Shown: in pieces, positions 1 to 10,653 of the stretch | Position numbering within the stretch: the first letter of the stretch is position 1 | Layout of the letters: each line of letters starts with the position of its first letter | Assembly: GCA_947388675.1 (NCBI GenBank) | Contig: CANDRW010000004.1 | Span: 1,671 to 65,670, forward strand | DNA: 64,000 bases | Direction of reading: 5' to 3' | Origin: an uncultured Clostridium sp. | GTDB lineage: Bacteria; Bacillota; Clostridia; TANB77; CAG-508 | Notes under the pieces: generated by a model | The model's input: only the letters and a program-made list of their open reading frames with translations | Databases searched by the model: none | Told to the model about the DNA's origin: nothing | Program-made: the position numbers and the translations under genes

Positions 1-54
1 AAATATTTATTTTTAGAGGATAGAAAAAAATAGTTAAAATTTAAGCTAGAATAC

Positions 55-83
55 TTGAAAAATGCACATCGTTGATATAAAAT
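55..83 (+). promoter_or_regulatory. sigmaA-type promoter of gap operon
   Basis: TTGAAA 55-60, 17-nt spacer, TAAAAT 78-83, about 75 nt upstream of the gap ATG. Confidence 0.45.
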
Positions 84-88
84 TACAT

Positions 89-108
89 TGTTTAGGATAT
101 ACTAAACA
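89..108. promoter_or_regulatory. operator-like perfect palindrome in gap leader
   Basis: TGTTTAG-GATATA-CTAAACA (7-6-7) immediately downstream of the -10. Confidence 0.3.
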
Positions 109-116
109 AATAGTAA

Positions 117-1160
<1,044 letters not shown>

Positions 1161-1174
1161 TCTTAATGTTTAAT

Positions 1175-1315
1175 GTTTTATATAAACTATAATTCTGTTT
1201 GACCTTGTTGTCCGTTGCTTTCAAATGCTGACGCGGATAGAAGAAAGCAACGGAAGGCGCTCGGCTAAAGCCTCGCCTTACGCGGTCTACACTTTCATTA
1301 TAGTTTATATAAAAC
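1175..1315. repeat. long-hairpin intergenic element, family 2, copy A
   Basis: Perfect 19-bp terminal inverted repeat GTTTTATATAAACTATAAT / ATTATAGTTTATATAAAAC around a GC-richer core; the core shares GACCTTGT...CGCCTTACGCGGTCT.CACTTT with copies at 39251 and 50497. Confidence 0.75.
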
Positions 1316-1342
1316 AAAAATAAAAATTAAAGGAGAAAATTT

Positions 1343-2698
1343 ATGGAAAAAAAGACAGTAAGAGATATGAATGTAAAAGGGAAAACTATTCTAGTTCGTT
1401 GTGATTTCAATGTGCCAATGAAAGATGGAAAAATCCAAGATGATACAAGAATTAAAGCAGCTATTCCTACAATTCAATACCTAATGGACCAAGGAGCAAA
1501 AGTAGTTCTTTGTTCACATTTAGGTAAACCAAAGCCAAAAGAGATGACTCAAGAAGAAATGAAAGCAAAATATTCTTTAAATCCTGTAGCTGAAAGATTG
1601 TCAGAAGAATTAGGAAAAGAAGTGAAATTTGCTGGTGACACAACAGGAGACAGTGCTAAAGGAATGATTAGTGAACTAAAAGAGGGAGAAGCAGGATTAG
1701 TAGAAAATACACGTTTTGATGCTAGAGAAACGAAGAATGATGAAACTTTATCAGCAGAATTTGCAGACTTAGCAGATGGGTATGTAAATGATGCTTTCGG
1801 AAGTGCCCATAGAGCTCATAGTTCAACAGAAGGTGTAGCTAAAAAGATGGAAGAGCAAGGAAAAGAAACAGCTTTAGGATTTTTAATGGAAAAGGAAGTT
1901 GAAGAATTAGGAGCAGTATTAGAAAGTCCAGATAAGCCATTTGTGGCTATCTTAGGAGGAGCAAAAGTTTCAGATAAGATTGGAGTTATTACTAATTTAA
2001 TTGAAAATGTAGGTGCTGATAAAATCTTAATTGGTGGAAAAATGGCAAATACTTTCTTGAAAGCTAGAGGATATAATATTGGAGATTCTAGTTATGAAGA
2101 AGATAAATTAAAAACAGCAGAAGAGATTATGAAACTAGCTGTTGAAAAAGGAAAAGAATTAATTCTTCCAACAGATTTAAAAGTTGCTCAAATTCCACAA
2201 GATGTAGAATTAACACCAGAAGTTGTAGAGCAAGCTCCAAGTATGGTAGTGAATGTAGAAGAAGGAATTCCAGAAGGATATCAACCATTTGACATTGGAG
2301 AGCAAACTTTAGACAGTTATGCAAATGCCTTAGATGGAGCTAAAAAAGTAGTATGGAATGGTCCTTTAGGTTATACAGAAGCTCCTAAATATACAGTAGG
2401 TACAGAAACAGTAGCTAGATATATTGCAAAACAAACAAGAGCAAAATGTGTGATTGGTGGTGGAGATTCCGTAGCAGCTGTTAATAAATTCTTAGATGAA
2501 GCAAGAAACAATGGGGAAGATATGAGTGAGTTTAATGAGAGATTTCATCTTTCAACAGGTGGTGGAGCATCTTTAGAGTTCTTAGAAGGAAAAGAACTAC
2601 CAGGAATTGCTGTTATTCAAAATAGACCAGTAAAAAGTAAAAATGAAGAAGTTTCCCAAGGACCAGTTACAACTAAAAGTGCTGAAAAAGAATATTAA
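1343..2698 (+). CDS. pgk: phosphoglycerate kinase (unusually long, 451 aa)
   Basis: VRCDFNVP, SHLGKPK, NDAFGSAHRAHSS and STGGGASLEFLEGKELPG motifs; several insertions and a C-terminal tail. Confidence 0.93.
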   Translation: MEKKTVRDMNVKGKTILVRCDFNVPMKDGKIQDDTRIKAAIPTIQYLMDQGAKVVLCSHLGKPKPKEMTQEEMKAKYSLNPVAERLSEELGKEVKFAGDTTGDSAKGMISELKEGEAGLVENTRFDARETKNDETLSAEFADLADGYVNDAFGSAHRAHSSTEGVAKKMEEQGKETALGFLMEKEVEELGAVLESPDKPFVAILGGAKVSDKIGVITNLIENVGADKILIGGKMANTFLKARGYNIGDSSYEEDKLKTAEEIMKLAVEKGKELILPTDLKVAQIPQDVELTPEVVEQAPSMVVNVEEGIPEGYQPFDIGEQTLDSYANALDGAKKVVWNGPLGYTEAPKYTVGTETVARYIAKQTRAKCVIGGGDSVAAVNKFLDEARNNGEDMSEFNERFHLSTGGGASLEFLEGKELPGIAVIQNRPVKSKNEEVSQGPVTTKSAEKEY

Positions 2699-2775
2699 TA
2701 AGCCGTAAATTATAAATAAGAGAAAGGGATTAATCAATTAAATAGATTTCATATAATTGATTATACAAGAAAAGA

Positions 2776-3522
2776 ATGAGAAGAAAAGTAATTGCAGGAA
2801 ATTGGAAAATGAATATGCTTCCTAATGAAGCAATTAGTTTTATTGAACAAATTACACCGTTAGTGAAAGACACAAAAAATGAAGTGATTCTTTGTGTTCC
2901 ATATACTGATTTATTCTATAGCTTACTAACTGCTCAAAATACAAATATCAAAATAGGTGCGCAAAATATGCATTGGGAAGAAAAAGGAGCATATACAGGA
3001 GAAATTTCAGGACAAATGCTAAAATCTATTGGAGTGGAATATGTTATTATAGGGCACTCTGAAAGAAGACAATATTTTGCAGAAACAGATGAAACTGTGA
3101 ACAAAAAAGTAAAAGCAGCTTTAGCAAATGACTTAAAACCAATCATCTGTGTAGGTGAAACCTTAGAGCAAAGAGAAAATGGAACAGCCCAAGAAGTTAT
3201 CACAAAACAAACGATGCTTGCATTAGAAGGATTAAGTAAAGAGCAAATAGCAAATGTTATTCTTGCTTATGAGCCAATTTGGGCAATAGGAACAGGAAAA
3301 ACAGCGACATCAGAAGATGCTAATAATAGTATTAAATGGGTTCGTAATAAAGTAGAAGAACTTTATGGAAGAGAAGTTGCAAATGAAATGATTATTCTTT
3401 ATGGTGGTAGTGTCAAAGCAGAAAATGCCAAAGAACTATTTTCCACTACAGATATTGATGGTGGATTAGTAGGTGGAGCAAGCTTAAAGGTAGACGAATT
3501 TAGCAAAATAGTGTTGGTTTAG
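2776..3522 (+). CDS. tpiA: triosephosphate isomerase
   Basis: AGNWKMN, IIGHSERR and AYEPIWAIGTG motifs; last 5 codons and the stop lie inside the REP element 3507-3613. Confidence 0.93.
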   Translation: MRRKVIAGNWKMNMLPNEAISFIEQITPLVKDTKNEVILCVPYTDLFYSLLTAQNTNIKIGAQNMHWEEKGAYTGEISGQMLKSIGVEYVIIGHSERRQYFAETDETVNKKVKAALANDLKPIICVGETLEQRENGTAQEVITKQTMLALEGLSKEQIANVILAYEPIWAIGTGKTATSEDANNSIKWVRNKVEELYGREVANEMIILYGGSVKAENAKELFSTTDIDGGLVGGASLKVDEFSKIVLV

Positions 3523-3613
3523 GGACGTATCTTAAACTGACATAAATAGAAGAAAGCATAATAATATAAATAAAATAAATTTATGTTGGTTTAAGGTACG
3601 TCCTTAAACTGAC
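3507..3613. repeat. REP-doublet (REPIN-like) element, alpha subfamily, copy 1
   Basis: Two palindromic units GTTGGTTTAGGGACGTATCTTAAACTGAC and GTTGGTTTAAGGTACGTCCTTAAACTGAC separated by an AT-rich spacer; 105/107 identical to 4321-4427. Confidence 0.85.
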
Positions 3614-3642
3614 ACTAATAAAAAAGGGGGCGAAAATTAAAT

Positions 3643-4293
3643 ATGGATAAGGAGAACAAAAAGATGGAAGAAAACACAGCAAATAAATTAGAAAAAGAAG
3701 AGAAAAAATATACTTATGCAGACTTACTAGAAATGGATGACGATAAACGTTATGAAATTATTGATGGAAAGTTATATTTAATGAGTAGTCCAAGAGTAAA
3801 ACATCAAGTAATTGCTGGAGAAATTTATGTACAGCTATCTTTGTTTTTAAGAGGAAAAAAATGCAAGCCTTTTATAGCGCCATTAGATGTAACTTTATCT
3901 AAAGAAAAACAGGATAACAAAATATATAATGTAGTACAACCAGATATATCAGTAGTTTGCAACAGAGAACAACTAAAAGATGAAAGAAAGATAACTGGAG
4001 CACCAAGCTTTGTAATTGAAATTTTATCACCTTCAACTAGTAGAAAAGATAAGTTAGAGAAGATGAATTTATATCAAAAATATGGAGTGAGAGAATATTG
4101 GATTCTTGAACCAGTAGATATGATAGTAACACCATATATTTTAGATGAAAAAGGCTTTTATAAAGCAGAAAAAAATTATGACTTAACAACAGAAGAAATA
4201 CCAGTCAATATTTTACAGGACTGCAAAATAGATTTAAGAGAATTTTTAAAAGAAAATAGTGAATGGATAAATAGTACAGCAGATGTTGAATGA
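3643..4293 (+). CDS. Uma2 (DUF820)-family putative endonuclease
   Basis: 216 aa; resembles Uma2 proteins from memory (YEIIDGKLYLMSSP...HQ...; PDISVV; FVIEILSPST; KMNLYQKYGVREYWIL). Alternative start at 3664. Confidence 0.7.
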   Translation: MDKENKKMEENTANKLEKEEKKYTYADLLEMDDDKRYEIIDGKLYLMSSPRVKHQVIAGEIYVQLSLFLRGKKCKPFIAPLDVTLSKEKQDNKIYNVVQPDISVVCNREQLKDERKITGAPSFVIEILSPSTSRKDKLEKMNLYQKYGVREYWILEPVDMIVTPYILDEKGFYKAEKNYDLTTEEIPVNILQDCKIDLREFLKENSEWINSTADVE

Positions 4294-4320
4294 AAAGAAA
4301 AGCAATAAGACAATCAGTAG

Positions 4321-4427
4321 AATAGTGTTAGTTTAGGGACGTATCTTAAACTGACATAAATAGAAGAAAGCATAATAATATAAATAAAATAAATTTATGT
4401 TGGTTTAAGGTACGTCCCTAAACTGAC
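4321..4427. repeat. REP-doublet (REPIN-like) element, alpha subfamily, copy 2
   Basis: Direct repeat of 3507-3613 with mismatches only at 4330 and 4418. Confidence 0.85.
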
Positions 4428-4443
4428 GCAAGGAGTAAAAATA

Positions 4444-5976
4444 ATGAGAAGAAAACCGATGATGCTAATGATTTTAGATGGATTTGGAATAAACGACAAT
4501 GAAAAAGCAAATGCGGTAAAATTAGCCAATACACCTAATATAGACAATCTAATGAAAACATGGCCAACTACTGAAATTCATACAAGTGGATTAGAAGTTG
4601 GGCTTCCAGATGGACAAATGGGCAATTCAGAAGTAGGGCACACCAATATTGGGGCAGGAAGAATTGTTTATCAAGACTTAACTAGAATTACAAAATCGAT
4701 TGAAGATGGTGACTTCTTTAGTATCAAAGAAATTACAGAAGCAATAGAAAATTGCCAAAAGAATCATTCTAAATTGCACATTATAGGGTTATTATCAGAT
4801 GGTGGTGTACACAGTCATATTCGTCATTTAGTAGCTTTATTAGAGGCTGCCAAAAGAAAAGATTTTGAAGATGTATATGTACATTGCTTCTTAGATGGAA
4901 GAGATACTCCACCAGCTTCAGGTGAAGGATATATTGCTCAACTAGAAGAAAAAATGAGGGAAAAAGAAGTTGGAAAAATAGCAAGTATTTCTGGAAGATT
5001 CTATAGCATGGATAGAGACAAGAGATGGGACAGAGTAGAAAAAGCATATAATGTTTTAGTAAAAGGCGAGGGAGAAAAGGCAACCTCAGCTATTAGTGCA
5101 ATTGAAAGTTCTTATCAACAAGAAGTATTTGATGAGTTTGTTCTTCCAACTGTTATTTGTAATAGTAATAATGAGCCATTAGCGACTATTCAAGATAATG
5201 ATTCTGTTGTTTTCTTTAATTATAGACCAGATAGAGCAAGAGAAATTACAAGAAGTTTAGTAGATCCTGAGTTTGATGGATTTGAGGCAAAACCTTTAAA
5301 TTTATACTATGTATGTTTTACGCAATATGATGAAACCATTCCAAATGTTCATATTGCCTTTAAACCAGAAAGTTTGAAAAACACTTTTGGAGAATATGTT
5401 TCAAACCAAGGTTTAACACAATTAAGAATTGCTGAAACAGAAAAATATGCACATGTTACTTTCTTCTTTAATGGAGGAGAAGAAAAGCAATATCCAGGAG
5501 AAGATAGAATTTTGGTGCCATCTCCAAAGGTTCAAACCTATGATATGCAACCAGAAATGAGTGCCATTGAGGTGACTGACAAAGTAGTTGAAGCAATTAA
5601 GAGTGATAAGTATGATTGCATTATTCTGAATTATGCAAATCCAGATATGGTGGGGCATACAGGAAATTTAGAAGCAGCTATTAAAGCAATTGAAACCATA
5701 GATGAATGTGTAGCAAGAGTAGTTTCAACTATTGAAGAAAAAAATGGTATGATTATTATGACAGCAGATCATGGAAATGCAGAACAAATGATAGATTATA
5801 AAACAGGAGAGCCACATACTGCTCATACGACTAATGTGGTACCACTTGTATTAATCGGAGTGGAAGGTGTACAATTAAAATCAGGTAAATTAGCAGATTT
5901 GGCACCAACTATGTTAGAATTAATGGGATTGCAAAAGCCAGATGAAATGACAGGAGAGAGCATTATAGACAATTAA
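4444..5976 (+). CDS. gpmI: 2,3-bisphosphoglycerate-independent phosphoglycerate mutase
   Basis: 510 aa; ILDGFG, GNSEVGH and ADHGNAE motifs; AAGGAG RBS. Confidence 0.93.
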   Translation: MRRKPMMLMILDGFGINDNEKANAVKLANTPNIDNLMKTWPTTEIHTSGLEVGLPDGQMGNSEVGHTNIGAGRIVYQDLTRITKSIEDGDFFSIKEITEAIENCQKNHSKLHIIGLLSDGGVHSHIRHLVALLEAAKRKDFEDVYVHCFLDGRDTPPASGEGYIAQLEEKMREKEVGKIASISGRFYSMDRDKRWDRVEKAYNVLVKGEGEKATSAISAIESSYQQEVFDEFVLPTVICNSNNEPLATIQDNDSVVFFNYRPDRAREITRSLVDPEFDGFEAKPLNLYYVCFTQYDETIPNVHIAFKPESLKNTFGEYVSNQGLTQLRIAETEKYAHVTFFFNGGEEKQYPGEDRILVPSPKVQTYDMQPEMSAIEVTDKVVEAIKSDKYDCIILNYANPDMVGHTGNLEAAIKAIETIDECVARVVSTIEEKNGMIIMTADHGNAEQMIDYKTGEPHTAHTTNVVPLVLIGVEGVQLKSGKLADLAPTMLELMGLQKPDEMTGESIIDN

Positions 5977-6044
5977 ATAATGTTTAAAATTCGAATATGT
6001 AATATAGCAATATTATATATTTAGAAAGTTTAAAATAAATATAA

Positions 6045-7367
<1,323 letters not shown>

Positions 7368-7383
7368 AAGATATATATATATA

Positions 7384-7415
7384 GCCCCATTCCATAATAG
7401 CGGAATGGGGCTTTT
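7384..7415 (+). terminator. rho-independent terminator after eno
   Basis: GCCCCATTCC / GGAATGGGGC 10-bp stem followed by TTTT. Confidence 0.8.
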
Positions 7416-7435
7416 AGAACAAAGGCTATGGATAC

Positions 7436-7804
7436 TTATGCTTCCATAGAAATGAAGATAGAGTTGGAAAAATCATCTTCAAAGACATTAACGGGCGAGA
7501 TGTGATAAGGGCAGTTCTCGCTTGAACAATCGATGAAGGCAATCGTATACCAACCAGTGGTGAGATTTCGCATCAAGGTGATACTGGCAACTGCCAAACC
7601 ATTAGTTTCACGCAAAATGGGAAAAGTGATTTGGGTTCCATTGATACTAGGTGTGGGTTCTCCTAACTGCCGATAAAGAACATTAAGTACTTCCACTGAT
7701 AAAAAGGTCCACTGCTTTTTTAGCTGCTGACTGTCATTATCCATTTCTTGTAGAAATTCAAGAATGGACTTATCACTGGGGACCAAAACTATGGGAGTTG
7801 ACAT
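7436..7804 (-). CDS. hypothetical protein, 122 aa, GC-rich orphan (cassette 1)
   Basis: Clean ORF with GGAGG RBS; visibly higher G+C than neighbours; promoter and leader shared with the gene at 32823-33191. Confidence 0.6.
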   Translation of the reverse strand: MSTPIVLVPSDKSILEFLQEMDNDSQQLKKQWTFLSVEVLNVLYRQLGEPTPSINGTQITFPILRETNGLAVASITLMRNLTTGWYTIAFIDCSSENCPYHISPVNVFEDDFSNSIFISMEA

Positions 7805-7850
7805 GATAGAGCCTCCTTATAAATAGTATAAGACCTTTGCTCTGGATTAC

Positions 7851-7904
7851 ATAGGATATTGCCTATAATGCAAATATTATACCATAATTTACATAAAATA
7901 ACAA
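7851..7904 (-). promoter_or_regulatory. promoter plus operator-like palindrome of cassette 1
   Basis: Minus strand TTGTTA (7899-7904), 17-nt spacer TTTTATGTAAATTATGG, TATAAT (7876-7881), then ATAGG-N6-CCTAT (7851-7866). Confidence 0.5.
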
Positions 7905-7974
7905 TAAAATTTTACAAAATAGTGGAAATCTAGAATGGTTTATGATATGATAATAAAGTACTTATTATATACTT

Positions 7975-8050
7975 TGGGGTATCGCCAAGCGGTAAGGCAT
8001 CGGACTCTGACTCCGACATTTCCTAGGTTCGAATCCTAGTACCCCAACCA
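7975..8050 (+). tRNA. tRNA-Gln (anticodon CUG)
   Basis: Hand-folded cloverleaf: acceptor TGGGGTA/TACCCCA (U1-A72), anticodon arm TCGGA-CTCTGAC-TCCGA, T arm CTAGG-TTCGAAT-CCTAG, encoded CCA. Confidence 0.9.
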
Positions 8051-8108
8051 ACCATGCATTATACGAACAATAAGTATTCTAATGTGGGGAATAATGCCAA
8101 CCAAAATA

Positions 8109-8134
8109 GAAAGCACCAGTTATGGTGCTTTTTA
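8109..8134. terminator. bidirectional terminator (tRNA-Gln / VWA gene)
   Basis: AGCACC / GGTGCT stem flanked by an A-run and a T-run. Confidence 0.5.
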
Positions 8135-8146
8135 TTTTGGATATTC

Positions 8147-9646
8147 TTATTTTAATTTCTTAAAGAAGTATACTCTTGAAATAGCAAACACTGCAATTAC
8201 AATAGTTGAAACTAAAACAATGATAGTAACATAATTTCCTGTTTGAGGGAGTGGATCTTTTTTGATAGTTTCATCTTTATCAGATTCAACATATCTTACA
8301 CGAATTTTTGAAAATTCAGTAGCTGTTTCTTGTTTCTTTTGATTTTCATAATTGTATTCTAAATCTACTTTAGAGTTAGTAGGTAATATTTTATCAACAA
8401 TTTCTTTATTATAATCCTCTTTTAATGTTAGCTTGTAACTTAAAGTAGCAACTTCACCAGCATTTAAAAGTTCAATATTCCAGGTAATGCTGTTGTCTGA
8501 ATAATCTACTTTTTCTGATACTTTTCCAATATTAGGAGATTTTACATATTCAAAATTAAAGTTTTCAACAATCTCTTTTGGGAAGTAATCTTTAATTACT
8601 AAGTCTTTAATAAAAGTATCTTTTTGATTTGCAATATCTTCATAAATGCTTTCATTCATAGTATCATATAGGTTTTCATAATCAATATGGAAGAACTTAC
8701 CAACACTTGGAACGATAGGACTTTCAGGTGTTCCAAAAATCTCTTCTGCTAATTGACCATAAGTTGTGTTAGGGTCTGCACCATTTGGAAGAGAAGCGCC
8801 AGGAACTTTGTTGTTAGTTTCATTTAATCCCATTAAAATAGAATACATATGAATTCCTTTAGCACTTAAATCTTGTAACTTTTTAGTAGTAGCCGTTGCA
8901 ATGGCACCTGAGTAATGAAGAGTATCTTCTGTGTTTAAGCATAAGTTTGGTACACCATCAGATAACACAATAATATATCTTGCAACATTTTCTTCTTGAG
9001 AGAAATTCTTTTCTGCAACGCTAAGTCCTGCTTCAATATTAGTATAGGTTCCTTGGTCTTTTTTATAATCTTCAATTTTAGCTTTTAAATCAGCTTCTGA
9101 ATTAGTTAAACCAGATAATAATTTAGCATCATTTTCAGTACCATAAACTGCACCTTCAGCTACTTTTACACTAGAGAAAGATACAAGACCAATTTTAGCA
9201 TTTTCAAATTTTTCAAGTAAGCTATCTGTAAAGTCATTAGCAGCTTCTGCTACATAGTCTGTTTTTACTTTATTATTATATGTTTTGGTCATACTATAGG
9301 AATTATCTAATACAAAGAAAACCTCAAGATTTTTTTTAGTTAAATCTTCATTTTCCATTAAATTTTTAACAGTTAAAGTTAAAATAGCTTCTTTTTTCTC
9401 TGCATCAAAACTTGTTAACTCTTTTGTGAACTCTCCAATTTTATCTCCGTTAGATGGATCTGTAATTGGAATTTCACAAAGCTTTTTTTCTACTAATTCT
9501 AAAGTAGTTACGCCAGGAATTACTTTGTTAGAATTTTCTTCATTGTTTCCATTATTTCCAGTATTAATTGTTACAGCAAATACAGGAGAAGTACAAAGTA
9601 ACATCATAACTAAAAATGCTATAACACGAATTAGACTTTTTTTCAT
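8147..9646 (-). CDS. sortase-anchored (LPXTG) von Willebrand factor A domain surface protein
   Basis: Signal peptide MKKSLIRVIAFLVMMLLC..VFA starting at 9646 with AGGAG RBS; VWA MIDAS-like DNSYSM; C-terminal LPQTG plus TM helix plus KKLK. Confidence 0.8.
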   Translation of the reverse strand: MKKSLIRVIAFLVMMLLCTSPVFAVTINTGNNGNNEENSNKVIPGVTTLELVEKKLCEIPITDPSNGDKIGEFTKELTSFDAEKKEAILTLTVKNLMENEDLTKKNLEVFFVLDNSYSMTKTYNNKVKTDYVAEAANDFTDSLLEKFENAKIGLVSFSSVKVAEGAVYGTENDAKLLSGLTNSEADLKAKIEDYKKDQGTYTNIEAGLSVAEKNFSQEENVARYIIVLSDGVPNLCLNTEDTLHYSGAIATATTKKLQDLSAKGIHMYSILMGLNETNNKVPGASLPNGADPNTTYGQLAEEIFGTPESPIVPSVGKFFHIDYENLYDTMNESIYEDIANQKDTFIKDLVIKDYFPKEIVENFNFEYVKSPNIGKVSEKVDYSDNSITWNIELLNAGEVATLSYKLTLKEDYNKEIVDKILPTNSKVDLEYNYENQKKQETATEFSKIRVRYVESDKDETIKKDPLPQTGNYVTIIVLVSTIVIAVFAISRVYFFKKLK

Positions 9647-9793
9647 AATTAATCGCTCCTTATTATTCAATTTATTCCACTTTATTATAACGTATGAATA
9701 ATTCTTTTTCAAGGGTTTTATCAATTTTTGCAGAATTTAACAAATTATGCTACAATAAAGTCGAAAAATATGGATAACGGAGTAAAAAATAGG

Positions 9794-10615
9794 ATGAATA
9801 AACAAGAAATATTAAAACAATATAGTAAAGAGGAAGATAAAATCTTAGTTGCAAAACTGTTAGATAAAGTGCAGTTTGTAAGTCAAAAAAATCAAATTCA
9901 AACAACTGACTTTTTAGATGGTTATGAACAAAAAATAGCACAAAAGGTGTTGCAACAAGTAAAGTATAAAACAGCCATATTTTATGGGGGATATGAAGAG
10001 GCGGAAAGAAAAATGCTATATTTTTTTCCAGAAAAGCTAATGGATTTAATAGCAGAAAATTTGCAAAATAATAAAATGATACAAAAAGAAATGAAAGCTA
10101 TCACTATTGAACTTCCAAATGATTTAAAAGGGCAGTACCAACATAGAGATTATCTAAGTGGGTTAATGAAATTAGGAATTAAAAGGGAAAAAATAGGAGA
10201 TATTTTGGTAAGAGAAAATGGAGCAGATATTTTAGTTCAAGAGGACATCTTAAATTACCTTTTAAGTAATTTGCCAGAACTAACTAGATTTCAAAAAGCA
10301 GAAATTTTTGCAAAAGAAATTTCTAAGTTAGAAATAGTACTAATTAAATTGGAAAAAATGGTAATCTTAGTACCACAATTAAGACTAGATGTTGTGATTT
10401 CAGAATTATTACATACTTCTAGAACAAAAGTTAATGAAGTAATTTCACAAGAAAGAGTGCTAGTCAATTATGAAATTAAAACTAAAAATGCGGCTATGTT
10501 GCAAAGAGGAGATTTGCTGACCATACGAGGAAAAGGAAAATTTAAAATAGGGGAAGTTATTAGTCAAACAGCAAAAGGAAAGTTAAGAGTGGAAGTAGAA
10601 AAGTATGTGTCTTGA
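9794..10615 (+). CDS. YlmH-like RNA-binding S4 domain protein
   Basis: C-terminal S4 motif LRLDVVISELLHTSRTKVNEVI...GDLLTIRGKGKF; start codon uncertain (9728, 9770 or 9794). Confidence 0.65.
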   Translation: MNKQEILKQYSKEEDKILVAKLLDKVQFVSQKNQIQTTDFLDGYEQKIAQKVLQQVKYKTAIFYGGYEEAERKMLYFFPEKLMDLIAENLQNNKMIQKEMKAITIELPNDLKGQYQHRDYLSGLMKLGIKREKIGDILVRENGADILVQEDILNYLLSNLPELTRFQKAEIFAKEISKLEIVLIKLEKMVILVPQLRLDVVISELLHTSRTKVNEVISQERVLVNYEIKTKNAAMLQRGDLLTIRGKGKFKIGEVISQTAKGKLRVEVEKYVS

Positions 10616-10616
10616 A

Positions 10617-10645
10617 TTGACATCTGAAAACGCTTGTTTTATAAT
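10617..10645 (+). promoter_or_regulatory. consensus sigmaA-type promoter upstream of dinB
   Basis: TTGACA, 17 nt, TATAAT; ends only 8 nt before the first possible start codon. Confidence 0.45.
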
Positions 10646-10653
10646 ATCTATAG

